DNA from: Octopus sinensis
Taxonomy: Eukaryota
DNA length: 64,000 bases
Assembly (NCBI RefSeq): GCF_006345805.1
Contig: NC_043000.1
Span: 53,320,001-53,384,000, forward strand
Reading direction: 5' to 3'
Below are positions 42,263-55,039 of the stretch, one piece after another. The notes under the pieces were generated by a model. That model was not told the origin of the DNA. It saw nothing but the letters and a program-made list of their open reading frames with translations, and searched no databases. The first letter of the stretch is position 1. Every line of letters begins with the position of its first letter. The translations under genes were made by a program, and so were the position numbers.

Positions 42263-42434
42263 CGATAGTGGATCCTGCAAACATAATAAATACACAGATA
42301 ATTAAAGAAATAGAAATGAATAACTATATATATGTATATGTGTATGTATATGTGTATGTGTGTGTGTATATATGTATATATATATATATGTATATATATA
42401 TATAAATGTGTATGTGTATATATGTATATGTGTA

Positions 42435-42507
<73 letters not shown>

Positions 42508-42849
42508 ATATATATATATATATATTTTTTTTTTCCAATTAGATTTATTATTATTATTACTAATATTGTTGATATCCATACATACAAGCATATGTAATGA
42601 TAATAATGGGTGGATGTAAACACATGAACAAAATTAGAACAAAAGCAACAACAACAAAAACAAAATACAAATTACAAGAATGTATATAACCAGAAGATAC
42701 AAATATTACAGGCATCCCCCCCACACACATACTAAATAAACATAGACGCACATAGAGATATAAGCATGCGCAAATGAAGACATACAATAGAAATACAAAA
42801 TGGCTGACGGTTAGTAAGGAGAGACACAAGTAAGTGAGAAGAAAACAAA

Positions 42850-42894
42850 GGACCACTGATGCGGTCACAGGAGTGTGACGAAAGAACTTTGGCC
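42850..42894 (+). ncRNA. Putative minimal type I hammerhead-like ribozyme in the pLTR (core variant CUGAUGCG)
   Basis: Stem I GG(A)CCA/UGGCC, core CUGAUGCG, stem II GUCACA-GGAG-UGUGAC, GAAA, 2-bp stem III AG-AA-CU, cleavage triplet CUU. It has C where canonical A9 is expected. Confidence 0.55.
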
Positions 42895-43070
42895 GAAATA
42901 AGATTAAGATTAATGTAAAAAATAAATATCACTGAAGCAAAATAACACCAAATATATAGTGCGTGTGTTTTTATTGGCTAAACTGGCAATATGACCATTC
43001 CGAAATATAACAATATCTGTTTCAACACACGACTTCACGTAAAAAATCTTGCACAACAAATATTTAAACG

Positions 43071-43113
43071 TATATATATGTATATATATATATATATATG
43101 TATAATATATATA

Positions 43114-43195
<82 letters not shown>

Positions 43196-43229
43196 GCGTG
43201 TGTGTGTGTGTATGTATAAGTATACACAT

Positions 43230-43266
<37 letters not shown>

Positions 43267-43317
43267 CTACATATGTACACACACACACGCGCATATATAT
43301 GTGTGTGTGTGTGTGTA
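43071..43317. repeat. (TA)n/(TG)n microsatellite
   Basis: Directly visible. Similar tracts at 39478-39552 and 42325-42525. Confidence 0.95.
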
Positions 43318-43637
43318 TTATTGCTTGTTTCCTCTTTTCGAGATCTGTGACTTTTTGTCACTGGAGAAGTATATATATATTTGCATTGAGAATTACTTCC
43401 TATCGCCAATCGGTGGGTGTCACACGCTAATGACGGGTCAATACTCAGAAACTCGGGTCCGTGAGTATCACGTCAGGCTGGGGTTGGGACGATGACTTCC
43501 CTTTGCAAATATTGATAAGGCACGGATAGTGTGCCAATAGCCAGCTGGAGGAGATGTCTTCCTGGGGCTACAAGCTACAGTAGCATCGACTCTTAATGGT
43601 TAGCCACATTTAAGTGGCAAATATACTTCACGATATA

Positions 43638-46390
43638 TTGATTTTGATTTTGATTTTGATTTTTCCAGTTTCAGCTAATGAGCTGTGGTCATGCTGGGGC
43701 ACCGCCATTTGGTTTGCTACACGATTTTACCTCATGGATGCTTTTTAGCAAACGCCATCTGATGCATGAGAGAGTTCGATGCAGCTGCCCTCATCTGCAC
43801 CTCCTGCCGTGAAGTTGGTTCATCCGGGACACGTGACAGGAAGAGATCCAGTCCTACTTTAAAGACATCCGCATCTACACCATGCAGGTCCCTCAGGTTC
43901 TTCGGGAGGATATTGAAGAGCCGTGGGCCTCTGAAGCCCAGGCTATCACAATATCTTGTCCTACATCTTGATGGCAAATTTGGAGTCCTTGGTACTACGC
44001 AGTGGCGTCCGGTTCTGGCATTTGTGTGACTCTCGATGCCAAAGTCTGGGACAAGACCTTCCAGGATCTTCCAGATATATATTATGGCATATCTTTCTCG
44101 CCTACGCTCCAGGGAATAGAGCTTTAATATCTTGAGTCTTTCCCAGTAGCTCATATGCTGCACAGAGGCTATCTTCTTCGTGTAGCTTCGTTGGATCGCC
44201 TCAAGTTCTGTGATCAACTTGACACTGGATGGTGACCATAGCTGAGAGCAATAGTCAAAGTGGCTTAGGACAAGTGTCTTCCAGAGGACCATCATGGTTT
44301 CTTGTTCTCTTGTTCTAAAGGTTCTAAGAATCCATCCAGCCAGCCGTCTACATTTCATTGTCAGTTTAGCAACATGTACATGAAAGGTCGCGTCATCACT
44401 CATGTGAATACCCAGGTCACGCACTGATTGTGCCTCTGGAATTGCAATCCCTCCGGGTCCAGTGTATTCATTGGGTATTGCATTCAGTTTTGCATGCTGA
44501 TAGTATAAAGCTTGAAACTTTTCAGCATTGAACTGCATGCTATTCTTTTCAGCCCACTTGTATATTTCGTCCAGCTCATATTGCAGGTGCTTAGTGTCTT
44601 CAGGGTTCTGTATTGCCTGTGAAACTTTTGTATCATCTGCATAACTTGTGATCGTGGCTCTCTGCGTGACTGAGGGCATGTCTGAGAGGGCCATTATGAA
44701 CAGTAGTGGTCCCAAAACAGTGCCCTGCGGAACACCGCTCACTATTTGCGTGTTAATGGAAGTGCTACCACCTGACTTCTATTCTTCAGAAAGTCATGAA
44801 GCCATTCTCCCAGTTTTCCAACTATGCCAAGATCACGCAGTTTGTGACATATCATTCCATGATCGACTTTATCGAAGGCCTTTGCAAAGTCGAGATATAT
44901 GACTTCCACATTTGAGTGGTTGAGCAGTTGTTTCAGCACCCAGTCATAGTGTTGTAGGAGCTGAGTTAAGCAGCTTCTTCCTGGTCGGAAACCATGTTGG
45001 GTGTCAGGCAGCAAGTCATTTTCTTCAAGGAAGGTGATTAGTTTCCTTCTAACTATTCGTTCCATGACCTTGCTGATGTGTGAGGTGAGAGAGATAGGTC
45101 TGTAGTTCTTGGCCTCCGCTCTGCTACCTCCTTTATGAATAGGGCATATTTTACCTTCCTTCAGTTTTCTTGGAAGTTTGCCAGCTGCAAGGAAGCTCTG
45201 AAAGAGGAACTGCAGTGGTCTTGCTAGGACTCTCTTACATACTTTTAGGAGGATTGCCGGGAATCCATCGGGGCCAATAGCTGAGTCTGTTTTCATTTCA
45301 TCTATAGCCTTTATTACATCATCTTCCTTTATATCGATGTAATTTATCGTCGCCGCCTCTGATTTTATATCTGCAGTGGTAAAGAAGTCAGTTGGATTGC
45401 TGATTTGGAAATGCCCAAGGGGTGGAGTGAAAACACTCTTGAATTGTTCATTCAGTATTTCACTTACACTCGTTGGTTTTCCTGTGAGTGTGCCATCCTT
45501 TTCAAGGAGTGGCCCTATCCTACAGTGCACCGTAGCTGTTTCTTTGGCATACCTGTAGAAAGCTCTAGGGTTAGTTTTTATGTTGTCTATAGCCCAGGCT
45601 TCTTTGTCTGCTCTTTCCTTTTCATGGGAGAGTTGCAGACAATTTTCAATTTCCAACAGTTTTATTTTCAGGCGGGACTTTTCACTGCTTTCAATTTGTT
45701 TGTTTAGGCGATTTGAAATTTTTGTACGCCGTCTCATTAAAATTTTCCTCTCTCTGGGGATTTTGTTCTTGTGTACAGTGGCCTTTCTCTCTGGGACACA
45801 TTTGTAGCATATGGCTTGAATTACAGACATGAATTGTTGAAGTTTCATGTCGATGTCCGGCGAGGAGAGACATTCAGGCCAGTTTTGTTTGAGGATCTCT
45901 TTCTCAATTTATTTCCAGTTTGCCTTATTGAAGTTCAAGCTGGAAAGCTTCTGAGAGCTTCTTGTAGGCTGCATGTCCATGCTTTCCTTTGGCCCGTACA
46001 TAGTCAGCTCTACCATGTTGTGATCCGAGAGTAGTGTCGGTGTCACTTTCACATTATGGATGAGATCCATATTATTTGTGAAGCAGAGGTCCAGTGTGTT
46101 ACCTGCCCTGGTTGGTTGGAGTATTACTTGCTCCATGTACAGGGTGTTGATGAGGTTCAGGAGGGACCTCGCCTGTCCCCGTTCACATCGTGTCATTCCT
46201 GGGAGAGAAAGGCCCTCGGGCCATCTGACATTGGGCAGGTTGAAGTCTCCCATGAGAAGTACACTTATGTGCTGTTCTAGTCTTCAAACTTGCCCATATG
46301 GCTTGGGGCATCTGGAGGGCGATATGTAGCACACACAACTACATCAAGTTGCCTTATATGTACAATTAGTGTGTCACACACCGAGTTTGA

Positions 46391-46391
<1 letters not shown>
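43638..46391 (-). mobile_element. 5'-truncated CR1-group LINE, ORF2 (APE + RT) largely preserved
   Basis: APE: TYRPP, MGDFNLP, PTRAGNTLDL, SDH. RT: GPDG, NYRPISLTS, QHGFRPGRSC, YLDFAKAFDKVDH, SGVPQGTVLGPLLF, YADDTK, RDLG, YSLERRRERY. 3' (AAAATC)n tail. Lesions: deletion at ~46280, stop at 45909-45911, frameshifting deletion at ~44763. The 5' end abuts (TA)n. Confidence 0.93.
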
Positions 46392-46462
<71 letters not shown>

Positions 46463-49400
46463 CATATATACACATAAATATACATACGTTATAGGTGTAT
46501 ATACATATGCAAAGACATACATATATCTGCTATTTGTGTGACTGTAGCGGTTAATATCCCGTTGCAAATTTTCCAGTTATGTTTGCAGATTGCTGTTAAC
46601 ACTTATTCTCATCCGGTTCGGAATTCCTGGAAAGCGTCTTGGTTAATAAACTTCCTCTTCTGAATATGCCATTAAAACTTATATTGTTTTCGTGATTTAC
46701 ATCCAGTTTCTTTACGCTTACTTATTGGATTTTGTACTGCTAAAGAATCAAATATGAAATTCGAATGGACGATGCTTTTTCATTTATGTTCTCTCCTTTT
46801 CAAGTATTGTTAAGCAGCATACTAAAGGCATAACGTGGCAATAATACAGTTTTGTACTTATAACAAAGTTTAGGTTGATATTAACCTAACAGGCATTGTA
46901 CTCTGGTAAAATATTGATGACGTTATACAGTAGTAAATATGTCAAAATCTAGCTGAATCTGTTTCGATGTACGGAAAGTGCGGTACAGAATTGTATGAAC
47001 TATGGATTATGTTTCCTCTAAGTTCAGCGTTAGACTTTATGTATACGACTAACATAAAGGGAGAAATACAGCGTAATAAACGTAGTTTGAATGAGTGAAA
47101 GCATTATGATAATCAGGCTTACTCAGCGTCCACATAACACTCACCACATTATTTTCTATAATTTTGTGCAGGAGAATAACATGTCGGAGTTTGAAGTTGT
47201 ACTAGTTATTACATTTATGGACAAAGTACTGTTGGTCTTGTGATTGTTGTAGCTGCTGTTGATTTCTCCAGGTCAAACCCGATTAAACAGAACTAAGATC
47301 AAAGGAATTCAAATTCTAATCTCTCACTTCTTTTAGGATTATCTGGGACTACTTTACGCAGTGTATTATTTCTTCATCTAAAAAGTTAGGAAATGATGTT
47401 GAAGACATTTAGTTGCTATTGATTGGACATGAAAATGTGTCCATGCTGCTTTTCCTTTTCTTACCTCTGAAAGCAAGTTCATCAACATAGTTTTAAAAAT
47501 ACTTCTCTCTAGTGACATATTAGATCATTTTAATGCACATTCTTGCATATTTTGAAATAGCATGACGATCAACCACGCAGAGGCTTCTATAGTACTTATG
47601 TATATTGTAGAATGTGCGTAGGGTTTTGTAAGGGAGAAATAAAATCAAACATAAGTGTCACTAAAAGGCAGTGTATTACTTATGATTGTAAGAGATTACT
47701 TACTAACTTTAAGCAGAATAAGAAACAGCAAAGAACAATACTTGTGTGGTTATAAGAAAAACTAAACAATAGTTTAATCTTTATTAGGGAAAACAATCAA
47801 GGGGCTGACACTTTTTCCAATGTTTTATGGTTTAACAAGTATGAAAGATTTCGTATTGTGCATGAGTGTACATTAAAATTATTTAATATGTCACTGGAGA
47901 CAAACGTGTCTGAAATAATGTTGATGGAATTGCTGCCAATGATAATAAAGAGAAGCAGCAGGAATTTTCTTTAAGAGCGATTACTGGAAGTTTTATTGAT
48001 AAGAAAGGGTCGGTAGTATCAATAATAAAGCCTACTACACAAATGAGATGCTAAATAAAGCAATATTGTAGAGAGAGTTAAGGAAAACCGTAGGACAAAT
48101 TTCCTAATCATTAAAACGCAGAATTCTTGGAACTGGACTGGTGTGTCATTAGTCTTTCGCTTGGCAATTAAATTTTGCGTAAAGTAAATCCATTAGCATT
48201 TATCTAATGACTTAAAGGATTAGGGTTTTCAATAGAATGCATTTTAGAAATGCTTTGGCAGAAAATGTTAAAGAAAATTGTTGCAAAGTAATTCATGGTC
48301 TTGTGACTAGAGCATGTTTTGCATTGAATAATCTGTTGAAGACCAGTATGATTTAGATGCTTGGGAGAATAGGTTTGAGTATCAAATTTAGAAAGGTGAA
48401 AATATCCAGTATGCAATCTATTAATTTGTTTTAAGTTTTAAAAATGTGTTTACTAACTCAAAAGAATTACTCTTGTTTGTAAGAATTATGTATATCATAT
48501 TTGAGAAAAGTTATCCTAGATATTTCAAAGCATAAAGAATGTTGTCTATATTTGGATAACATTTCTCGTATAAAATATCAGTCTGCAAAAAGATTATCTC
48601 AATAGGTTCTCCAATGGTTTCTTGACTTTCTAAATCAAATCTAATTGCTGTTTTTGCTAGAAATCCTTACGAGTCCTAATCATGGAGAAGACTTACAATA
48701 CTGTACAACACAATAATCATACAATACTTCATATTTTATGGTGGACTGGGAACAATTCTGCTGACATAAACGTGATTCATGAAGATACCTTTACTATGAA
48801 ACATGAATTACTTTATCAACAATCATCGATGAGTGTTTGAGGCAAATCCTTTCCCCCAACGATTCTGTTCGTTTTCATCTTTATTATACTAAGTGAAAAT
48901 GAGAAACGTTATCCCTGGATATGATTGCAACTTACCACACTTTCACATAAGTAAACCAAGTAACATATAAGCTTCGCTTTGTTACACTGCTACTACTACT
49001 CCTAAAAACATATTTAAAACATACTTCAAATATCTTGATATACAAAAGCAATAACGATAAGCCTGGTATTCTATATTTGACTAACTGTCTTAACCATATG
49101 TTTAAATATAGGAGTCTTAAAGTATTTATCCATCGTTATTTCAACATATCAAAAGTAATAAAGCATTTTTATCAAACCGATATTATTTGCTTACACACCT
49201 AATTCTAGTTAATTCTTTATGATTGTTTATGGTAGAAAGAAAAATCTAACTTCACACATAATCAGTTAGCCATTTGATATTTATATTATTGTATTCATTA
49301 TATTCCTTTGTTATAGTTTAGTTGTTAATGGAAATCAAGATTAAAAAACAAAGCTTCGGGCAACATACTATAAAAGATTAATCAATCATCTTTAATGCTC

Positions 49401-51516
49401 TCTTGTGCATTGCTATTAAATTTATATACATTTACCAGATTAAATATTTTGATGTTTTTATTTCCTAAATACTGATACTCTTTCGTATGAGGGATTTTCT
49501 TTGTTAATAAAAAGTCACCAAGAATGTTATTAAAACATGATTTAAGATCCAAAATTGATGGTATATTGATGGTTTTAGAAAACACAGACTAGAAATGTGC
49601 ATTTTTGGACTGAAACTGAAGTGGATCTATTCTTATTTTCCTGATTCAGATATAATAAATCAAATTTAATTTCAAAATTTCAATTATATTTATTTTCAGA
49701 ATAACAAATTTCAGTCTACAGTAAATACGCATACAAGAAGATTGTTGTAATGCGGCATAGCTTCCTTATGCAATGACTTGCGCTCAATGTATATCGCTGC
49801 GGAATTTATTTAAAATAAATCTCAATTAAACTTTTCTATTCAAGGAGTTTAACGAATAAAATGTTGCGTTTCCATGTGCTTCTCTGTTTAAATATATAAC
49901 AGAAGACTCACTTTCGGAATTTAATTCAGAAAATTATTCAGTAAGAGATAATATACATGACTGCTCGATGAGCAAGAAATAGTTGTTGAATTTCCTTCAT
50001 CATACACCTACTGTCTTTGAAATAAAAGGGGGAAATGTACAGTGGATGATGAAGTTCCACATCTAAAAAATGTATGGTCAAGGATGGAATGTCTTCCACA
50101 ACAGGTAACCTCGATCAGGATTGATCTGAGGCAACACAACAACAAACATGAGCTATTTTGAAATGCCTATATTTTGTATATAATTAAAAATACAGTTCCC
50201 TGTTGTTTTCCTTGCTTCAAAAACAGCATTTCTGAAAGGATTACATCAGAGGTGATGAATGATTTCACGTTGGAGGACAGCGCAGCAGTTAACTGCCATC
50301 TGACAAGGCTACCAAAGGAAAAAAAGGGAAGAAATTATGCTGCTGAATTTTACTGTATGAGAAAATATAATTATTCATAAAACTCTAACAAAATGTACAA
50401 AATAGCAATGATTCAGAATAAGCAAAACCACTTAAATTAATTTTTTTCTTCTAATTTATTCGCACATCTCTTCAAAAAGGTTTGTAATTATTTTAGAATA
50501 CCTCTTGCACGCATTCATAATGAAATATAGGTAGCTGTTCCCAAAACTGTGATTTGTTGAAAGCTTAATTTTTAAGTTATAATAAATCAACAATAACATA
50601 TTCCTGAAAGAGTATTTTCTCTCATATGTACTTATTCCAAAGGTAGCACTTAGCGGTTCAGAAGGTTATATATTTCACGTCGCTGTCATAAACATTCCAA
50701 ATCTGATATACTATTATTTCTAGATATAATGATTTGGCCTAAAGAAAACGTAATTCCAAATCGCTGCCCTATTTCAATTGATTTCAGTGCTCTTTGACCA
50801 CAAATTCTTTCAAAAGAAAGGCAAGAAAAGTTCATTCAAAAACAACCAGCGTCTTAAAAAATAGAAAAACCCATTAGGGGAATTAAACCTAATATACTTA
50901 TAAAAAAGGGAACGTCACAATTGAAAAGACACTCATTGCAGTTCTGATCCATTGGTGTTTAGAGTGGTTAAACAACAAATTTGTATTAGTGCTTGCTTGC
51001 TCAACTGCCAAATGTGGGAAGTTGGAAACAGCTAATAGATGTATTCTGTTATATTTTAGCTTCAGATGATCAAAATTTCCAGTCATGACAATCATATATT
51101 TTCCTCTAAAAATAATGTTCCTAAGACAAAATTATTAAACGTTCCTCTCCAGTTTTAAGGGTTGGCTATGATTTAGTTCCTTTTATTTGAAGGTTAAGTA
51201 ATGAAGTAGTGGCTTTCATTCTGTTGTTGATAATGTTCGTTTCGCTGTTTCACTTCTTGCTGATGCTGTTAAGTTGTTGGTGGTGTTGCTTATCTCGATG
51301 TGGGCCTAATTCGACAGAATTATGATCAAATATATTACTACCATTACTATCTCATCATTTATGTGACATAATATTGGCTTCGAATATTGGTACATTAAGC
51401 GCTCAGTGCTTTGTTAACGCTCGGCGTTTTGAAGGAGTCACATGCAACCCGTCTAGTGGCGGCTGACCGGCCAACAAGCAAATCACACACATTGTGAATG
51501 TTAGATAATGTTTATA

Positions 51517-51678
51517 GGTGCAGGAGTAGCTGAGTGGTAAGTAGCTTGCTTTCCAACCACATGGTTCCGGGTCCAGTCCCACTACGTGGAACCTTGGGTA
51601 AGTGTCTTCTACTATAGACTCAGGCCGACCAAAGACTTGTGTGTGGATTTGGTAGACGGAAACTGAAAGAAGCCCGTC

Positions 51679-51772
<94 letters not shown>

Positions 51773-51900
51773 TGTATGTATGTATGTATGTATGTATGTG
51801 TGTGTGTGTATGGTTGTGTCTGCGTTTGTCCCCCAGCATCGCCTGGGCAACCGATGCTAGTGTGTCACGGCCACAGTCAAATGACTGAAACAACTAAAAA
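51517..51900 (+). mobile_element. SINE family 1 with expanded internal microsatellite and 3' internal deletion
   Basis: Head ggtgcaggagtagctgagtggtaag. The sequence jumps from gatgctagtgtgt to the tail cacggccacagtcaaatgactgaaac. Confidence 0.88.
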
Positions 51901-52297
51901 GAAAAAGAAAAAAAGAAAAAAAGGACACTTGCGCTGCTTCTTATTCATATCTGAATTTATTCTTACGAATGAATCGCTCGGACATACCAGCAAATGGTTT
52001 TTGCACCATTTTACATATAGTCATGAATAGGCTATTCGATTTGCCTCAGGTCTGGTTCAGGTACGTGATGTTGATAGGCCACAAAAGCGGCGAAACACCG
52101 ATATCCAACGCTTCTGAATGGGATGAGTTGTCTCGCCTGTCAATCACTATGACTTTAAGATGTTTTAAGACCCGGCACTTTGAGAGAGTCAGCTACCAAG
52201 TCCCAAATCGCTGTTAACAAGCCAACAAGCAAAGCATATGTATTGTGTATTTGTGTTCGATAGTGTTTACAACACCCTCGCTGAATCTAATTCATAT

Positions 52298-52339
<42 letters not shown>

Positions 52340-52880
52340 GTGCGAACACGCTCTTTTTAAAAGAGCATGTTTTACATTGGTTTGATATCATTGTATTATA
52401 TATTCCTCTAATGTATATGCGAACGTATACATATGGCTTGCATGTGAGAGGACTTCTAGAAAAACATGCAACATGAATAAATCTCTAACATTAATAATGA
52501 AAAACGTGAGGTATAAGTAAGGCTGTAAGATGAAATGCAATTATGTTAAAAGAGCTTGCATTTATAAAGCAACGTAAAATTACTACCTAAATTCTGTCCA
52601 TAAATTTTAATATAAACATATGTACATACATATATATATATATATATACACACACACGCATATATATATACACACTTCGACCGATTTTTCATACAGTTGG
52701 TATTCATTTCTAAGCACAATACCATCTTAAATACAGTCACTCCATTTATGTTTACGTTTAGTCAAAGATTGAGCCCATCACATTAACTTATTGATCCTTT
52801 TTTATGCAACTAAATTCACTCCCAGGGTTTTTGACGGCCCAAGGCTACAGTTGTAGTCACCTGCGTACGAAACCGCCCAT

Positions 52881-53484
52881 CGAAATATTTTTTTCGCATT
52901 AGAGTTCCGGACCTCAGTTACGGACTCGTTTGCATGCAGCGAATCAAACCACTATAGGACTAGCGTCATAGAATTAAATACGATAATTTTAATAAATAGA
53001 TCTATAATTATTACTAATAATGTAATAGTATTCACACATTTTCGTGACATTTTGAGCTATTTTTACAACAGCTCATAAAATGTATGAAACTCGTTTTTCG
53101 CTGAAGACCACAGAAAAATGTACATGTGTGACTTGGATAGCCAAATACACATTAACAATACACACACGACCATAATTCGTATCAATGAATCACTTAGTAT
53201 TTATAAAAGCTTCAAGCAGTTTCCGTATATTCATATTCGTCAAACACATTATGTTTTCTTGCTATAGTAATCCAAACTTACCGCTAACCAGCGTATGTGT
53301 TCAGTATTGATGATACTGACATCTGTTTGAGAGCACAATACAAAACTCACATGGTAATGAGAGGTCGCCATTTTGAATGCCAACCTTTGTTAACTTGACA
53401 ACAAGTTCAATGTGAGCTCTGATTGGCTGTATGCAAATGAATTCAATACTGGGGGTCCGGAACTCTGGTGAGAAAAAGATTTCG
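52881..53484. mobile_element. MITE-like non-autonomous element with ~65-bp imperfect TIRs, splitting an old family 1 SINE
   Basis: cgaaatatttttttcgcattagagttccggacctcag..tttgcatgcagcgaatca (52881-52946) versus the reverse complement of 53420-53484. SINE halves lie at ~52795-52864 and ~53488-53565. Confidence 0.75.
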
Positions 53485-54347
53485 TGAGCTGCGCAACTGG
53501 ACTGACGTCGAGGTTACATGATTGCAAAGTGAGCGTCTTAAACACAGAGCCATGCCAGCACCTATAGATGTCTTTTCTTTTTAATTAAGTAAGATCAAAG
53601 TGTTGAAATCCATAGAAAATATCTAACTAAATGGTACTAAATCTGGAGTTGTAACAGAACTGATAAAGACAATAAGTTCGAAAGCGATATCTGATTAGAA
53701 AAAAAATAATAGATTTTTAATTTGTTCTTATCTTAGCGAAAATATTTTTCTTAATATTATTTATCTTTAGTAAATATATTCTCTTTACGGAAGAAAAGCA
53801 AATGAGGACGAGATAGAAAGACAGACCAAGATTCAATGAGAAAAACGTGTTTATTGGTTATTTTCGTGGAAAACACAATTTATTTTTGCTTTTAATTAGT
53901 AAAGAGTTTTTCATTATTTTAAAAGTAATGAATGAGAGAGAAGAGGAGCTAAGAAAGAAAATAAAATTATTTCATTTAGTGTTTTTATTTTATTCACAAT
54001 ATTTTTTAGAAAACAAATTCGTAAAGATATAAACAGCATGATTTCAATTTAGCTTATTGTCACATCAGTCATATATATTAAAATTAATGTTTGTTTGAAT
54101 AGGTGACTAAGAATTAATGCGTGGTTAATTAGAATTGACATGAAGATTTGTTAAAAAGATACATTTAGAGTAAGTCAATGAAAATTAAAAATAAAGAGAA
54201 ACGAATTGAAGTGTTAGAGTAAGAACTGTTCCGTTTTGAAAATATATATGGATAGCAACCAATCAGTATAAGAACTATAATGGCTCGCTATGAAGTAGTA
54301 GATTACAAAGATTATTAGAAGTCAGATGTAAACAAAATACACGAGAT

Positions 54348-54480
<133 letters not shown>

Positions 54481-54484
54481 ATTG

Positions 54485-55028
54485 CAGTAACAGGCAGTGG
54501 CTCTAATGGCTTCTGATCTTAACTGATTGGAAGTGTTTTCATTTACATTGTTTCGTCTCGGTTATAAAAGATGGGTTACAGCAAATATTCTGCTCAATAC
54601 CACAGATTTGCATGTCAGTTGCTTGACCTTAACCAATTGCAAATGTCCCTTAGTGGCTGACGATATGTGCACCTCTGATCACGAACAGAAGTGAGAGAGC
54701 ATCATACCCATATGTTGAGAGGAACTCTTTGGAGTTTGGATAATTCCCCTTTGGAAACAGGGGTGTTTCGTTCGTCATCCTTAAACAACCCTTATACAGA
54801 CATCTTTTGAGCCGGATGAGCTACTCGACTAGACGAAAATTCTAACTGGGCCCCACCTGCAAAGTCATGCACTGTTTTTCTTAATATGAGATTACCATGT
54901 CGCGCACATATGGTTGTGATGCATGTGCCTGGTGTAAACTTATCAGACGGGTAGCCATGATGGATATACTGGGCTTCGTATATTTTACTCCAATGTCACT
55001 TTGCTGGTATGCACTGCTCTCTCACTCA
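54485..55028 (-). repeat. Probable interspersed repeat bounded by (TAA)n, class uncertain
   Basis: A GC-richer non-coding block with sharp (AAT)n borders on both sides. It resembles a repeat I recall from octopus DNA but is single-copy in this window. Confidence 0.4.
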
Positions 55029-55039
55029 ATAATAATAAT

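Larger units (their letters stand above)
39553..43070 (+). mobile_element. Penelope-like retroelement (Naiad-like), 5'-truncated, with inverted pseudo-LTRs, inserted in (TA)n
   Basis: RT + GIY-YIG ORF, 261-bp inverted repeats 39553-39813 / 42756-43016, a 54-nt extension on the right only, and (TA)n on both flanks. Confidence 0.9.

Noticed and set aside
39814-42330. Selenocysteine recoding or SECIS, as reported for some Naiads
   Set aside because: There are no in-frame TGA codons within the joined ORF, the breaks are frameshifts, and no convincing SECIS stem follows the stop.
43515-43575. HDV-like ribozyme on the minus strand (gtagcc..ctcctcc..ggctat.gg.cac..gtg.c)
   Set aside because: P1 is only 6 bp, P3 is mismatched, and there is no good P2 or J4/2. 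A family consensus would be needed to reconsider.
43766-46329. Plus-strand ORFs over the LINE, and minus-strand ORFs over the PLE and L1
   Set aside because: They are antisense shadows of retroelement coding sequence.
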